Below, one piece after another: positions 31,107-40,087 of a DNA stretch of 64,000 nt. The stretch is from IMG/VR virus record IMGVR_UViG_3300042731_006512, positions 1 through 64,000 of that record; one strand, 5' to 3'. The notes beneath the pieces were generated by a model. It saw only the letters and a list, made by a program, of their open reading frames with translations. It made no database searches and was not told the DNA's origin. The first letter of the stretch is position 1, and each line of letters starts with the position of its first letter. This stretch comes from a virus. Both the position numbers and the translations under genes were made by a program.

Positions 31107-34100
31107 TATGTTAATATTCTATCAGCTATGTCATACTTACTCAATCTTGACCTATTATCTCTTACATTAACATTCATTCTATTAAATGACACAGACCTTC
31201 TGTATTTTCGGACCATATCTTCTGCATTTGTTCTAGAAGAAGACCTTGCTCTTATATTTATATTTCTATTTTCTGCTCCAGGAAGTATTCTAGCTGACGG
31301 AGTAACCATTATAGAAGGAACTGTAGGCTCACCAAGTGGCGCTTCTGGAGGTAGAATATTCTCTGCAGTCATTTTCTGAGTCGCTTTATTAAAATCTGTT
31401 ACTGTTTTAGCATTCGGAACTAAATCAGCCCCAGACCCAATCAAGTCTTCGGGCTTTGACAAGGCAAGACCTATTGCTAATGAACCAGCCAAACCCCAAC
31501 CAAGAGCCTTCTTATGTTCAATCAACCCCATTCCCATCGAAGCAGCAAAGTTCTTTGCTCTCATAAATCCTTCAGAAACTCCAGTAAAAGCTCCTTTACT
31601 AGAACTTAAAACAGAACCCGTAAAAGATAAATATTTTCCTAGATTGGTAATACTTGGCGCTTTCCTTGCTGAAGCAATACGTGACATTTCTTCCAAACCT
31701 GTTGTCTCAGCCCATTCCATCGCATTCATCATATCTCGAGTTGTTTCTTTAATATTCACTGCAGGTAATACATCTCTCATTGACTTGACGCCGGTAATCT
31801 CTCTAATACGCTCTATATTTTTAGGAATACGCACTTCTTGGTCAAGCAAAGCTCGCGAAACTTCATCACTTTCAGCTAACATATTACGTATCACTTGTTC
31901 AAGTCGCACAGGGTCCTTAGCTTGAAATGCACTTTCTGCCTTTGCTAACAAAACAGACATTTCATCACTCAAAACCTTTTGTCTACTTAAGTGTTTAGAT
32001 TTAATAATACTTTCTTCTAACCAGTTAAGAGTAAAAGCAACATTTGCCGCCTGCTGTCCTTTTAATCGCTGAACTGCTGCTTGTTTAGCTCCGTGCATTT
32101 GTAAAGATAATCTTCCAATCCACTGTTGACCTGTAGCAAGCTTTAATGCGTCAGCAATCTTTTTTTCTTGAGTAGCTAAAAGCTCTGCACCACCAGCAGC
32201 TTTTGTCTTGATAATCTGAGCACGCACCATATGTTCCATATAGGCCTGAGTGTATTGATTATCAGCATAAGTAAATCCTTTTCTAATATTTTTCTCTAAA
32301 TCCGGACTGACAAGAGAAACAGATGCTATATCAGCATCTAAGTCCATACCCATTCCAACCATTGGAGATAGCTCAATAGGATTTTTCATACCTATATCTA
32401 CAGAAACAGAAGGCATTACAACTACAGGCTCACGAATATCTTTCATCATTTGTATATTAATAGGTTGAGCAGAATACGGACCAGCAATAGGATGTCTCCA
32501 TATCATTCCACCGATAGATTGACCAGCAAGAAAGCGCTTATTCATTTCTTGAACAGACTTAATATCAGCAGCACCAGTTATAGAAGCTAAATCCTCAAAC
32601 ATTTGTTCTCCAATATATTGAGGAATACCTACAGTCATAACTCCAGGAGCTTTATGACCACCTGTTTCAGAAACACCTCTTAAAAATCTCGAACCTAATA
32701 GTTGTCCTCTAGCAATAGCACCTTCCCCTTTACCAAATGGAGCTTGATGAGTCATAATATTTCTTACAAAGTTATTTACTACATTACCAGCAGCTTCTAA
32801 ATCCACTCTTTTAGATTGTAATGTAAGTTTAGACATCTCACGAGCAAGACCATGATATTCCATAGCTAATACACCAGGAATATATTTCCCAGCTGGTGTT
32901 TTATAAGGAGTTAAGACATCTGCGCCTGGAACAAAAATATCTTTGTATCCAGCACCTACTCTAAGAAAACCACCACCACTTTCAATAAACTGCTGAAAAG
33001 CTTCATTGGAATATCCTTTTATTCCAATATCCCATAAAGCCGCTCCTTTTGTAGAACCCGTTTTTCCAGCTAAAGACGCAAGAGTTTTTGTTAACCCTTC
33101 ATATGTAGCAAGAGTTTCAGGATTAGATAAAGCAAGCCTGCGCGCCAACTCAGTAGACATAGATTCTCCAAGAGGCCCATATTGTCCACCTTTCAATACG
33201 TCAAAAACTCTCGGCTCTATAGAACCAAGTGCACCAGCTCCAGTCATAGCCATAGGTTCATGAAGAATACCTTGAGAAAGCCCAAAAGATATTCCTGTCA
33301 TTTGTTTCGCAAACTCCTGAGGAATAACCCCTTGATAAGCTTCTGGACTTAAAGCGCCAAATATTGTTCCAAACTCTTCTGGTTCTAATCCCACTTCTTT
33401 TACAGCAAGCCCCATCATTTGTTCCATAAAACCTTGAGGTCCATACTTTCTTCTCATAAAAGAAGAATATACTCTCGGGTTTCTCATAAAAGCAGCAAGC
33501 CTTTGATTGTGTTGTATGAAGTTTTTACTTCTATCTCTACGTATTTTTTCCCATAAACCAGTAATAACTTGAGTATTCAGCTTAACAGCATCTTTTGTCA
33601 ACTCATCCATAGAAACAACTCGAAAACGACCTTCAAGTTGTGTTATATCAAGCCCTGTTTGGGCAAACGCTTTTTCTAATCTAAATGGGTCAATAAACTT
33701 TTCTACAGCTTTATAACCACCAAATCTTTTTGCAGCCATTTCTGGAGCTAACGCTTGACGATACATCAAAGAAAACTCTTGTCCTCTCGCAGTTGTTTCA
33801 AAAGGTTGAAGACCCAAAAGTTCCATGCCTCGCTGAAAAATAACTGATTTCCCTTCTGGAGTTTGTCCAAGAACTTCACCAACTTGAAATACATCTCTCT
33901 TAAATATTCTTTCTGCCACCCCTTCGGCAACAGAACCAAGATGTATAGGAAACGGTTGACCGACTACACCAAGTTGTCTTCTAAAACTCGGAACATTTGC
34001 TATCAAAGCTTCACCTTCTTTCATTCCAAGTTGTTCAAGCATTTGTCCGTGTTTTACTGGGTCAACATATACTGTAGGCATCCAAGGCGTAGCGTAGTTT

Positions 34101-35437
34101 CCAAAATCTCTGCGCCAAGCTTGTGTTTCAAATATAGACCATTTCGAAGAACCAGATGTTAACATTTCAGATACAGCCTTATCGCTGGCTCTCCATTGTC
34201 TTAAAGCTTGACGAGGTTGTCTTGCCCAATCTATATCTTCTGGTGTCATAAACCATTCAGAAGCATTAAAACTGCTGACACGTCCTTTCGCTAAGTTAAC
34301 AGGACTTGCAAAAGGAAATAGTTCTGGACGAGACATAACTGCTTTAAACTGTTCCTCAGTTGGTCGACTATAAACAGAACGAAATACTTCTCCAGGTCTA
34401 AGCTCCGCCAGCTTTCCTTCTGTAACTATATCAAGTCCTTGACCCTTAATACGTTGATAGCTTTTCCAAGCAGGAGAAAGTAGATTTTCTGGAAGATTTG
34501 GGATAGATTCTAAAGCATAAATATTTCTTTCATATGCAGTACTAATAGCTCTTTCTATATCATATCTTGAAGTATACTCTCCACTCGCTATTCTTGGTAA
34601 TATTGATTGCTGTATATCTCGAAGCAAAAACTCATGTCTTGATAGTCTATTCATCTGGCCAGTTCTTGGGTCAAAAATACCTACATCTGGAGCAATCCTT
34701 CTTGCTGATTGAGTAAGACCTTCTATTAACACTCCACCGCGTGCAACAGGAACAGTAATATCAAACGGGATCTTGCCTTTCATAAAAGACATTACATAAG
34801 TCCCATGTTGCTGCCAGCCTTGTCGAGTATAGTATCTTACACCAGTACTTGTTAAACCTGCATCCTTAACAAAAGATTTATGAAAAGAAGCTATCTCCGC
34901 AGGCAGTTGATTAATAGAAACATTTCTTGGAGCAGGAAACGTTAATCCTTCGACAGTTTTAAACTTTGGAATATTACCAGTTAGTTCATAATGTTTTCTT
35001 AATGAAGCAACATTACTTTTGAACTTATTATATATGCGCGCCATAAAAATAGAGTTATTTCTTTGAAGTGTTTGTTCTATAGAAGACATAACCTTAGTTG
35101 TTGGAGCAGTTTTGATGTCACCAGCAAAAGAAAGAACATTTGAAGCTAATGGGTCGGTAGACTGAACAGCCTCAATCCAGGCAGTTCTTGCAAGCTCTGG
35201 CTGTGTTTTAAACAGTTGTTGATTTTGACCTAAAAAAGACAAGTCTATTCCAGAGTTAGAAGATAAACTACTCTTTTGAAGAGTACCTATAAACCCAGAT
35301 GTAGACATAGGCTTAGGAAAAGTGAAGTATCCTTTATCTGCCATTTTTCTAACAGATGAAGAAACTCCATATGATAATGGAGCAGCAACAGCAAGACCTT
35401 TTAAGGCATTAAATCTATCGTCTTTATTATTAGGCAT
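31106..35437 (-). CDS. Giant protein with RNA polymerase beta-prime-like double-psi beta-barrel catalytic core (candidate divergent RNAP)
   Basis: 1443 aa. Collinear motifs: FGKGEGAIARGQLLGSRF (32684..32737), VGIPQYIGEQMF, AADIKSVQEMNKR, WRHPIAGPYSAQ, IELSPMVGMGMDLDADIASV (DLDAD at 32330..32344), and KKIADALKLATGQQWIGRL (32108..32158). These parallel E. coli beta-prime [15 protein letters not shown] / CGLPKKMALELF / ATTIKAAKKMVER / NRAPTLHRLGIQ / [22 protein letters not shown] / [21 protein letters not shown]. Confidence 0.5.
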   Translation of the reverse strand: MPNNKDDRFNALKGLAVAAPLSYGVSSSVRKMADKGYFTFPKPMSTSGFIGTLQKSSLSSNSGIDLSFLGQNQQLFKTQPELARTAWIEAVQSTDPLASNVLSFAGDIKTAPTTKVMSSIEQTLQRNNSIFMARIYNKFKSNVASLRKHYELTGNIPKFKTVEGLTFPAPRNVSINQLPAEIASFHKSFVKDAGLTSTGVRYYTRQGWQQHGTYVMSFMKGKIPFDITVPVARGGVLIEGLTQSARRIAPDVGIFDPRTGQMNRLSRHEFLLRDIQQSILPRIASGEYTSRYDIERAISTAYERNIYALESIPNLPENLLSPAWKSYQRIKGQGLDIVTEGKLAELRPGEVFRSVYSRPTEEQFKAVMSRPELFPFASPVNLAKGRVSSFNASEWFMTPEDIDWARQPRQALRQWRASDKAVSEMLTSGSSKWSIFETQAWRRDFGNYATPWMPTVYVDPVKHGQMLEQLGMKEGEALIANVPSFRRQLGVVGQPFPIHLGSVAEGVAERIFKRDVFQVGEVLGQTPEGKSVIFQRGMELLGLQPFETTARGQEFSLMYRQALAPEMAAKRFGGYKAVEKFIDPFRLEKAFAQTGLDITQLEGRFRVVSMDELTKDAVKLNTQVITGLWEKIRRDRSKNFIQHNQRLAAFMRNPRVYSSFMRRKYGPQGFMEQMMGLAVKEVGLEPEEFGTIFGALSPEAYQGVIPQEFAKQMTGISFGLSQGILHEPMAMTGAGALGSIEPRVFDVLKGGQYGPLGESMSTELARRLALSNPETLATYEGLTKTLASLAGKTGSTKGAALWDIGIKGYSNEAFQQFIESGGGFLRVGAGYKDIFVPGADVLTPYKTPAGKYIPGVLAMEYHGLAREMSKLTLQSKRVDLEAAGNVVNNFVRNIMTHQAPFGKGEGAIARGQLLGSRFLRGVSETGGHKAPGVMTVGIPQYIGEQMFEDLASITGAADIKSVQEMNKRFLAGQSIGGMIWRHPIAGPYSAQPINIQMMKDIREPVVVMPSVSVDIGMKNPIELSPMVGMGMDLDADIASVSLVSPDLEKNIRKGFTYADNQYTQAYMEHMVRAQIIKTKAAGGAELLATQEKKIADALKLATGQQWIGRLSLQMHGAKQAAVQRLKGQQAANVAFTLNWLEESIIKSKHLSRQKVLSDEMSVLLAKAESAFQAKDPVRLEQVIRNMLAESDEVSRALLDQEVRIPKNIERIREITGVKSMRDVLPAVNIKETTRDMMNAMEWAETTGLEEMSRIASARKAPSITNLGKYLSFTGSVLSSSKGAFTGVSEGFMRAKNFAASMGMGLIEHKKALGWGLAGSLAIGLALSKPEDLIGSGADLVPNAKTVTDFNKATQKMTAENILPPEAPLGEPTVPSIMVTPSARILPGAENRNINIRARSSSRTNAEDMVRKYRRSVSFNRMNVNVRDNRSRLSKYDIADRILT

Positions 35438-38400
35438 CTAAAGCTTGCAAAAGTAACTCTTGTTCCTCTTCTGTTCTATCTTCTTCTATATCTAAGTTTA
35501 TAGAAACTTCTTCTTTTGGTGCAGTACTTGTTGAAATAAATACATCTCCTTTCATTTTATCAGCAAAAAGCAACTCGTTAATACGAGATTTCATTTCTTC
35601 ACTTGTTAATCTTTCTTGGTTAATAAGCGGCTCTATAGCTTCTTCATCTATAAATGGTTTGTATGGTAACTCTTTTTCTCTGGATGGCCAAAGATTTAAA
35701 GGAATAGGCTCTTCTCCTAAGTGTTGAACAAGTTTCAGTTTCACATCTTCAAGGTCTACGCTTGGATTGAACGCAACCCAATCCGGCCCAGGAATACCTT
35801 CAACTCCACTTAATATTTTAACTCTACGATACCAATCAGCATAGTTTTCACCAGGATACTTAGTTTTTAAATATTCAGCAAATAACTCATCTGATATAGG
35901 GAAACCTTCAGTTTTTGCTTCCTTATATACAGCATCAATCTTTTTGTCAGCTTCAACTTCTTCTGCTTCAGAAAAAATACCAGCTTTTACAGCCTTCTTC
36001 AAATCTCCAGCGTGAACTAACTTCCAACGAGCTATATATAAAGATTTTTCATTTTCAGGAACCATTTCTAAAATACGTTGTCTTTCTTCAATAGTATCCG
36101 CTTTCTCAAAAGCAGAAAAATAATCTCTTTCTCTTCTTGGTAATGCGCGATAAAGTGAAGAATAGTTACGGGTAAATGGATTTATACCAAACAAAGTTTC
36201 ATCTTTATTTTTTTCGAACTCTTTAACTGCTTCTGTATCTCCTACCATGCGCGCCAGATTTGAAAGTCTGGCATTCTTTACATATTTAAGAATATCAAAA
36301 TAGTTTTCTAAATCGCGCGTCTGTTGAGAAGCCTCAGGTACTCCCTCGTATCCAAACGTGTGAGCAATAGAACGAGCAAACGGAGCAAGAAAATGAGACA
36401 CTGGATGTTGCCAAAATGCCGATGACTGTCCATATAAAATCTCTCTTTCATAACTTTCAATAGGTGTTCTCATATGAACTAACTTTGCTCCAGGAGAAAT
36501 AGGTGTCAACTGGTCAAAAGCAGTTTCAGCATTATGAGCAAGTAGTTCCCAATATCCACCAAAGAACTTTTTAAATAAAGACGGTTTTTCTTCTCGAGAA
36601 GCTTTCCATTCATTCATTTTAGCTATAAGTTCAGAACTCTCTTGTTTCGCGCCAGGAAAAACTTCTCCCATAGAAGATAAATATTTGTATTCTTGAAACT
36701 CTACTCTTTGTTTCTTTTGCTTTACTTGTTTGAGAGTTGTTTGATAAATATCTTCTTCGTAGTCAGTCCAATCTTTAGATGCTCGTTTGGCACGTATCTT
36801 TTGGAGAGATTGTTTATATTTATCACTATACATTGCAACATCAGAAAGTATTTTGAACTGATGAATCAATGGATAATCACCTGGTTCTATATCCTTAAGC
36901 TCTGGATAAAGCTCAGCATATCCAGGCCCTGGCAACCTAATCTCACCCATTGGCACTTTATTAAAATAATATCCCGTACTAAAATCAGGTGCTTTCTCAC
37001 CAGGCCCAGGAAGCCATTCTGGAGCACCTGAAGGTATTGGGTTAACTAAATCCACTTGGTGTCTTCGATGAGGAAATAATCGACGAATCGGTTCAGTTAA
37101 ACCAAAAGGGTCACCAAGTTCTTTTTCCCAATACCACCTTTCAACACCAAAAACACGACGAGCACTTTCTAACTGCGCCAACTGGTCAAACCAATCTTGG
37201 CTCCCAGTTATTTTTTCTTTGATTGCCGCAGTCGTAAAACCAGTCAAACCAATCATTTCTGTGCCAACCCTATATATCTGCTCACCAATAATAGACTGAG
37301 CAGAATATGGAGATACAGGTATTCCTTGAGGTACTTGACCAGCTTCAGTAGCTATTCTTGCTCCAAAAGACGGCGACTGAGTTTTTACACCTTTATCAGA
37401 AAACCAATGTTCTGTATTTAAATATAGTTCTGGTTTTATCCAACGACCAACAGTTGCCGAAAGTATAGGGCCAAGAAACGGAACATCTTCAAAAGGCAAC
37501 GAACTCACTGGAAAATATGGATGCCTTTTTTCTATCTCATAAGTAAACTCTTGCTTGTACCATCTTTCTATAGGACTAAGCTTTTCCAGGTCTTCGCCCC
37601 ATATTACTCTTTCTCTTCCCTGTTTTTTAAGTAAAGGTATCCAATGCTGACGAAAATATTGAACTCTTTCTCCTTCTGCTGGACTACGCCCGAATAGCCA
37701 ATAGCGACCTTTCCTTATAGGAACTTCCTGTTTTCCAGAATATATATCTTTAAGTTCTTCAGAGGATGTTTGAGGAAATAGCGCGCCAGGTAAAAAAGGA
37801 AGAACAGCAGCCAATCCTATACCAGCACCTAAAGCCATTCCAAATCTTGTTGGAGTATTTATTTTTTTAGCTAATCTTCCAAGAAGTCCACCTGACTTAC
37901 TTTCTAAAACTCGACCAATATTTTCGCCAAAAGTTCCAAAGTGTTTCCAAGATTTAAAAGCTTCATCCATTCTATGTCTCGCCATAGAAGCAGAAATACC
38001 TTCTGATATTTGAAGATGTGCCATTCCTCCTATTTTTCCAAAATAAGACAACGCGCCGACACCAAAAGCACCCATTATTGGAAAAGCAGCCAGTTTTAAA
38101 AGAGATGTACTACCAGGAGCTATTTCTTCTTGTTTGCGCGCATAATCAGACAAACCAAGACTTTCTGATATTTGAGCAGTTTTTATATGCGCTGCAGCAG
38201 GAATAGAAGCCAAGCCATAACTTATACCTTCAGAAAATAAAGTCTCATCAAATAACTCTGATTTTCTTGTATACCAATCAAGCGTTTCATAGCCTAAAGA
38301 TAAAGCCCCAAGGCCTAAACCAAACTTAGCAGTAAATCTTCCAAGCATAGAAAGCCCACCACCAGGTTTTATAGCAAGACGCTTACCTACAACAGGAAAC

Positions 38401-39179
38401 ATTGTCAGTAAACGATTAAATCTACTTATTTGTTCTGTTCCTAAAGCACCAAGTTTTCTCCAAGTATGTTGGAAAATATTTCTTCCACCTATAATCTGGG
38501 CTGGATATCCTTCTATAAGCGGATTCAATATATCTGGATATCTATCTTTTAAAGGAGCCGCAGCAGCAAAAAATCTTTCAAAAGGTGGATTGCCTCTTAG
38601 TTCTCTAAGTCCAAGCCTTCGAGCGTAAGCTGCCCCTATATAAGAAGCTTCACCAAGACCAGCAGTTCTAATAGCTGAAGCATACTTAAGTGCTACGTCT
38701 GGACCTTGACCCCAAAAAAGCCTACCAGAACGTAAGGTAACTCCTTCTTTTAAAAGCCGAGAATAAGCATCTCCACCAATAAGTTTTGATAAATATTCAG
38801 CTTGTTGACGATTTGTCTTAAGAAGCTCAGGTCCTACAAATAGATTTGCCTGTCGAACAGATGTTTCAAAACCTGAAAATATTGATGATGACTGAAATGT
38901 CCGAAATATTCTTGCTGGAGAATATTCTTCTAATGCACGCAGACCTTTAACATAATAATCCCAAACGTGTCCTCCTTTAAAAGGAACATATCCAAAAGCA
39001 GCAATACCACCTACACCAGCAACAAAAGAAGCAAAGTTAGAAAACTGTTTCGAAACTGGTCGGGCTGGTATTTGTGGATAGTTAGACCAACGTTCTGGTT
39101 GGTCTCGAGGGTCTGTTAAAGATGGACCATAATAAGCTCGTGCAGCAGAAAGATTAGTTGTAAATGGAAATCGGGCCAC
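35430..39179 (-). CDS. Giant tail-module protein with Gly/Ala-rich hydrophobic N-terminal helices (tape-measure or ejection-protein candidate)
   Basis: 1249 aa. N-terminal hydrophobic segments FVAGVGGIAAFGYVPF, FGLGLGALSLGY, LAAFPIMGAFGVGALSYFG and MALGAGIGLAAVLPFLPGALF; acidic C-terminus. It overlaps the next ORF by 8 nt. It follows the chaperone-like genes, where a tape measure is expected. Confidence 0.4.
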   Translation of the reverse strand: MARFPFTTNLSAARAYYGPSLTDPRDQPERWSNYPQIPARPVSKQFSNFASFVAGVGGIAAFGYVPFKGGHVWDYYVKGLRALEEYSPARIFRTFQSSSIFSGFETSVRQANLFVGPELLKTNRQQAEYLSKLIGGDAYSRLLKEGVTLRSGRLFWGQGPDVALKYASAIRTAGLGEASYIGAAYARRLGLRELRGNPPFERFFAAAAPLKDRYPDILNPLIEGYPAQIIGGRNIFQHTWRKLGALGTEQISRFNRLLTMFPVVGKRLAIKPGGGLSMLGRFTAKFGLGLGALSLGYETLDWYTRKSELFDETLFSEGISYGLASIPAAAHIKTAQISESLGLSDYARKQEEIAPGSTSLLKLAAFPIMGAFGVGALSYFGKIGGMAHLQISEGISASMARHRMDEAFKSWKHFGTFGENIGRVLESKSGGLLGRLAKKINTPTRFGMALGAGIGLAAVLPFLPGALFPQTSSEELKDIYSGKQEVPIRKGRYWLFGRSPAEGERVQYFRQHWIPLLKKQGRERVIWGEDLEKLSPIERWYKQEFTYEIEKRHPYFPVSSLPFEDVPFLGPILSATVGRWIKPELYLNTEHWFSDKGVKTQSPSFGARIATEAGQVPQGIPVSPYSAQSIIGEQIYRVGTEMIGLTGFTTAAIKEKITGSQDWFDQLAQLESARRVFGVERWYWEKELGDPFGLTEPIRRLFPHRRHQVDLVNPIPSGAPEWLPGPGEKAPDFSTGYYFNKVPMGEIRLPGPGYAELYPELKDIEPGDYPLIHQFKILSDVAMYSDKYKQSLQKIRAKRASKDWTDYEEDIYQTTLKQVKQKKQRVEFQEYKYLSSMGEVFPGAKQESSELIAKMNEWKASREEKPSLFKKFFGGYWELLAHNAETAFDQLTPISPGAKLVHMRTPIESYEREILYGQSSAFWQHPVSHFLAPFARSIAHTFGYEGVPEASQQTRDLENYFDILKYVKNARLSNLARMVGDTEAVKEFEKNKDETLFGINPFTRNYSSLYRALPRRERDYFSAFEKADTIEERQRILEMVPENEKSLYIARWKLVHAGDLKKAVKAGIFSEAEEVEADKKIDAVYKEAKTEGFPISDELFAEYLKTKYPGENYADWYRRVKILSGVEGIPGPDWVAFNPSVDLEDVKLKLVQHLGEEPIPLNLWPSREKELPYKPFIDEEAIEPLINQERLTSEEMKSRINELLFADKMKGDVFISTSTAPKEEVSINLDIEEDRTEEEQELLLQALDA

Positions 39180-39180
39180 A

Positions 39181-40071
39181 CTACTTCTTCCTCAGCTTTC
39201 TCCTATTTTCTTCCAAACGCTTTTTAGCTTCAGCTATTCTTTGGTCTTCACTTTTAATCTTAATCTTCTCACCCTTTTTCAAAGCTTCAAGATAATCTCC
39301 AAATATAACCTTAGCGTCTTCCATCATTTGACTTTCAACAGGAGAATCAGAAGTAGGGTCAGCATCCAGATTATACATAAGTTCACGTCCAGAAATAACA
39401 GTATCTCCATTTTTATCAGTATCATTAAAAGAAGGAGTTTCATTCTCAACTGTCATTCCAGGACTCTTAGTACCTTGTTGACGTAACTTTCTAAGATTCC
39501 ATTCTTCTTCTTGTTGTCTATATTCTTCACTAAGTTTAGATAAATCTACTTTGTGTTGTTTTCTTGGTTTCTTTGTGTTTTTATTTTCAAAATCAAATGG
39601 TTCAGATAGTATACCAGTATCTAATAGTTTTCTTTCGGCCAGTGCGAAAAGAAAGAAAATCTCCTGAATGTCCTTTCTTAATAAATCATCGGGAGTATAA
39701 CTATACGCTAAACATATAGTATTAATCAGTTGATATAAACTATTGTCTACAACAGAACGATTATAGTTAAGAAAATAACCCAGTTCTTCTTGAGAGTTAG
39801 GAGCTGAATATTGAAGAATGGTATTTGCTACAGTTGTTGGTGTTCCTGCTTTTTGCTGATAAATATTATCTATTAAAACTTCATCTTTCACACATTTAGT
39901 AAAAATCTCATTTTCTATTACCCAAGAAGGAATAATATCTGAAGATAATATCTTTGAATAAGTGAAAAAATCTGAAAGAGATAAAAGAGAGAACGGAACT
40001 ACTAATCCATCAGGAAGTTCTAAAACAAAAACTGAGCCATATCTTTCGCGTAAATCTGCTGGATTTCGCAC
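39181..40071 (-). CDS. Putative tail assembly chaperone-like protein with charged C-terminal extension
   Basis: 296 aa. The N-terminal YGSVFVLELPDGLVVPFSLLSLSDFF...KAGTPTTVANTIL is similar in pattern to the preceding 139-aa ORF. Position between the tube genes and the giant ORFs. Confidence 0.3.
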   Translation of the reverse strand: MRNPADLRERYGSVFVLELPDGLVVPFSLLSLSDFFTYSKILSSDIIPSWVIENEIFTKCVKDEVLIDNIYQQKAGTPTTVANTILQYSAPNSQEELGYFLNYNRSVVDNSLYQLINTICLAYSYTPDDLLRKDIQEIFFLFALAERKLLDTGILSEPFDFENKNTKKPRKQHKVDLSKLSEEYRQQEEEWNLRKLRQQGTKSPGMTVENETPSFNDTDKNGDTVISGRELMYNLDADPTSDSPVESQMMEDAKVIFGDYLEALKKGEKIKIKSEDQRIAEAKKRLEENRRKLRKK

Positions 40072-40087
40072 AAAATAAAACTTATCC

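Noticed and set aside
35430-39179. Beta-subunit-like motifs in the 1249-aa ORF (SGKQEVPIRKG about 37700..37730; SPYSAQSIIGEQIYRVGTEM about 37255..37320; FPHRRHQVDLVNPIPSGAPEW resembling the HxxH..PIETPEG fork region)
   Set aside because: Each match is short, and their order along the protein (Lys motif, then PYS, then fork-like) contradicts the order in real beta subunits (fork, Lys motif, PYS). At least some must therefore be chance. They do not support calling this ORF a beta homologue without profile searches.
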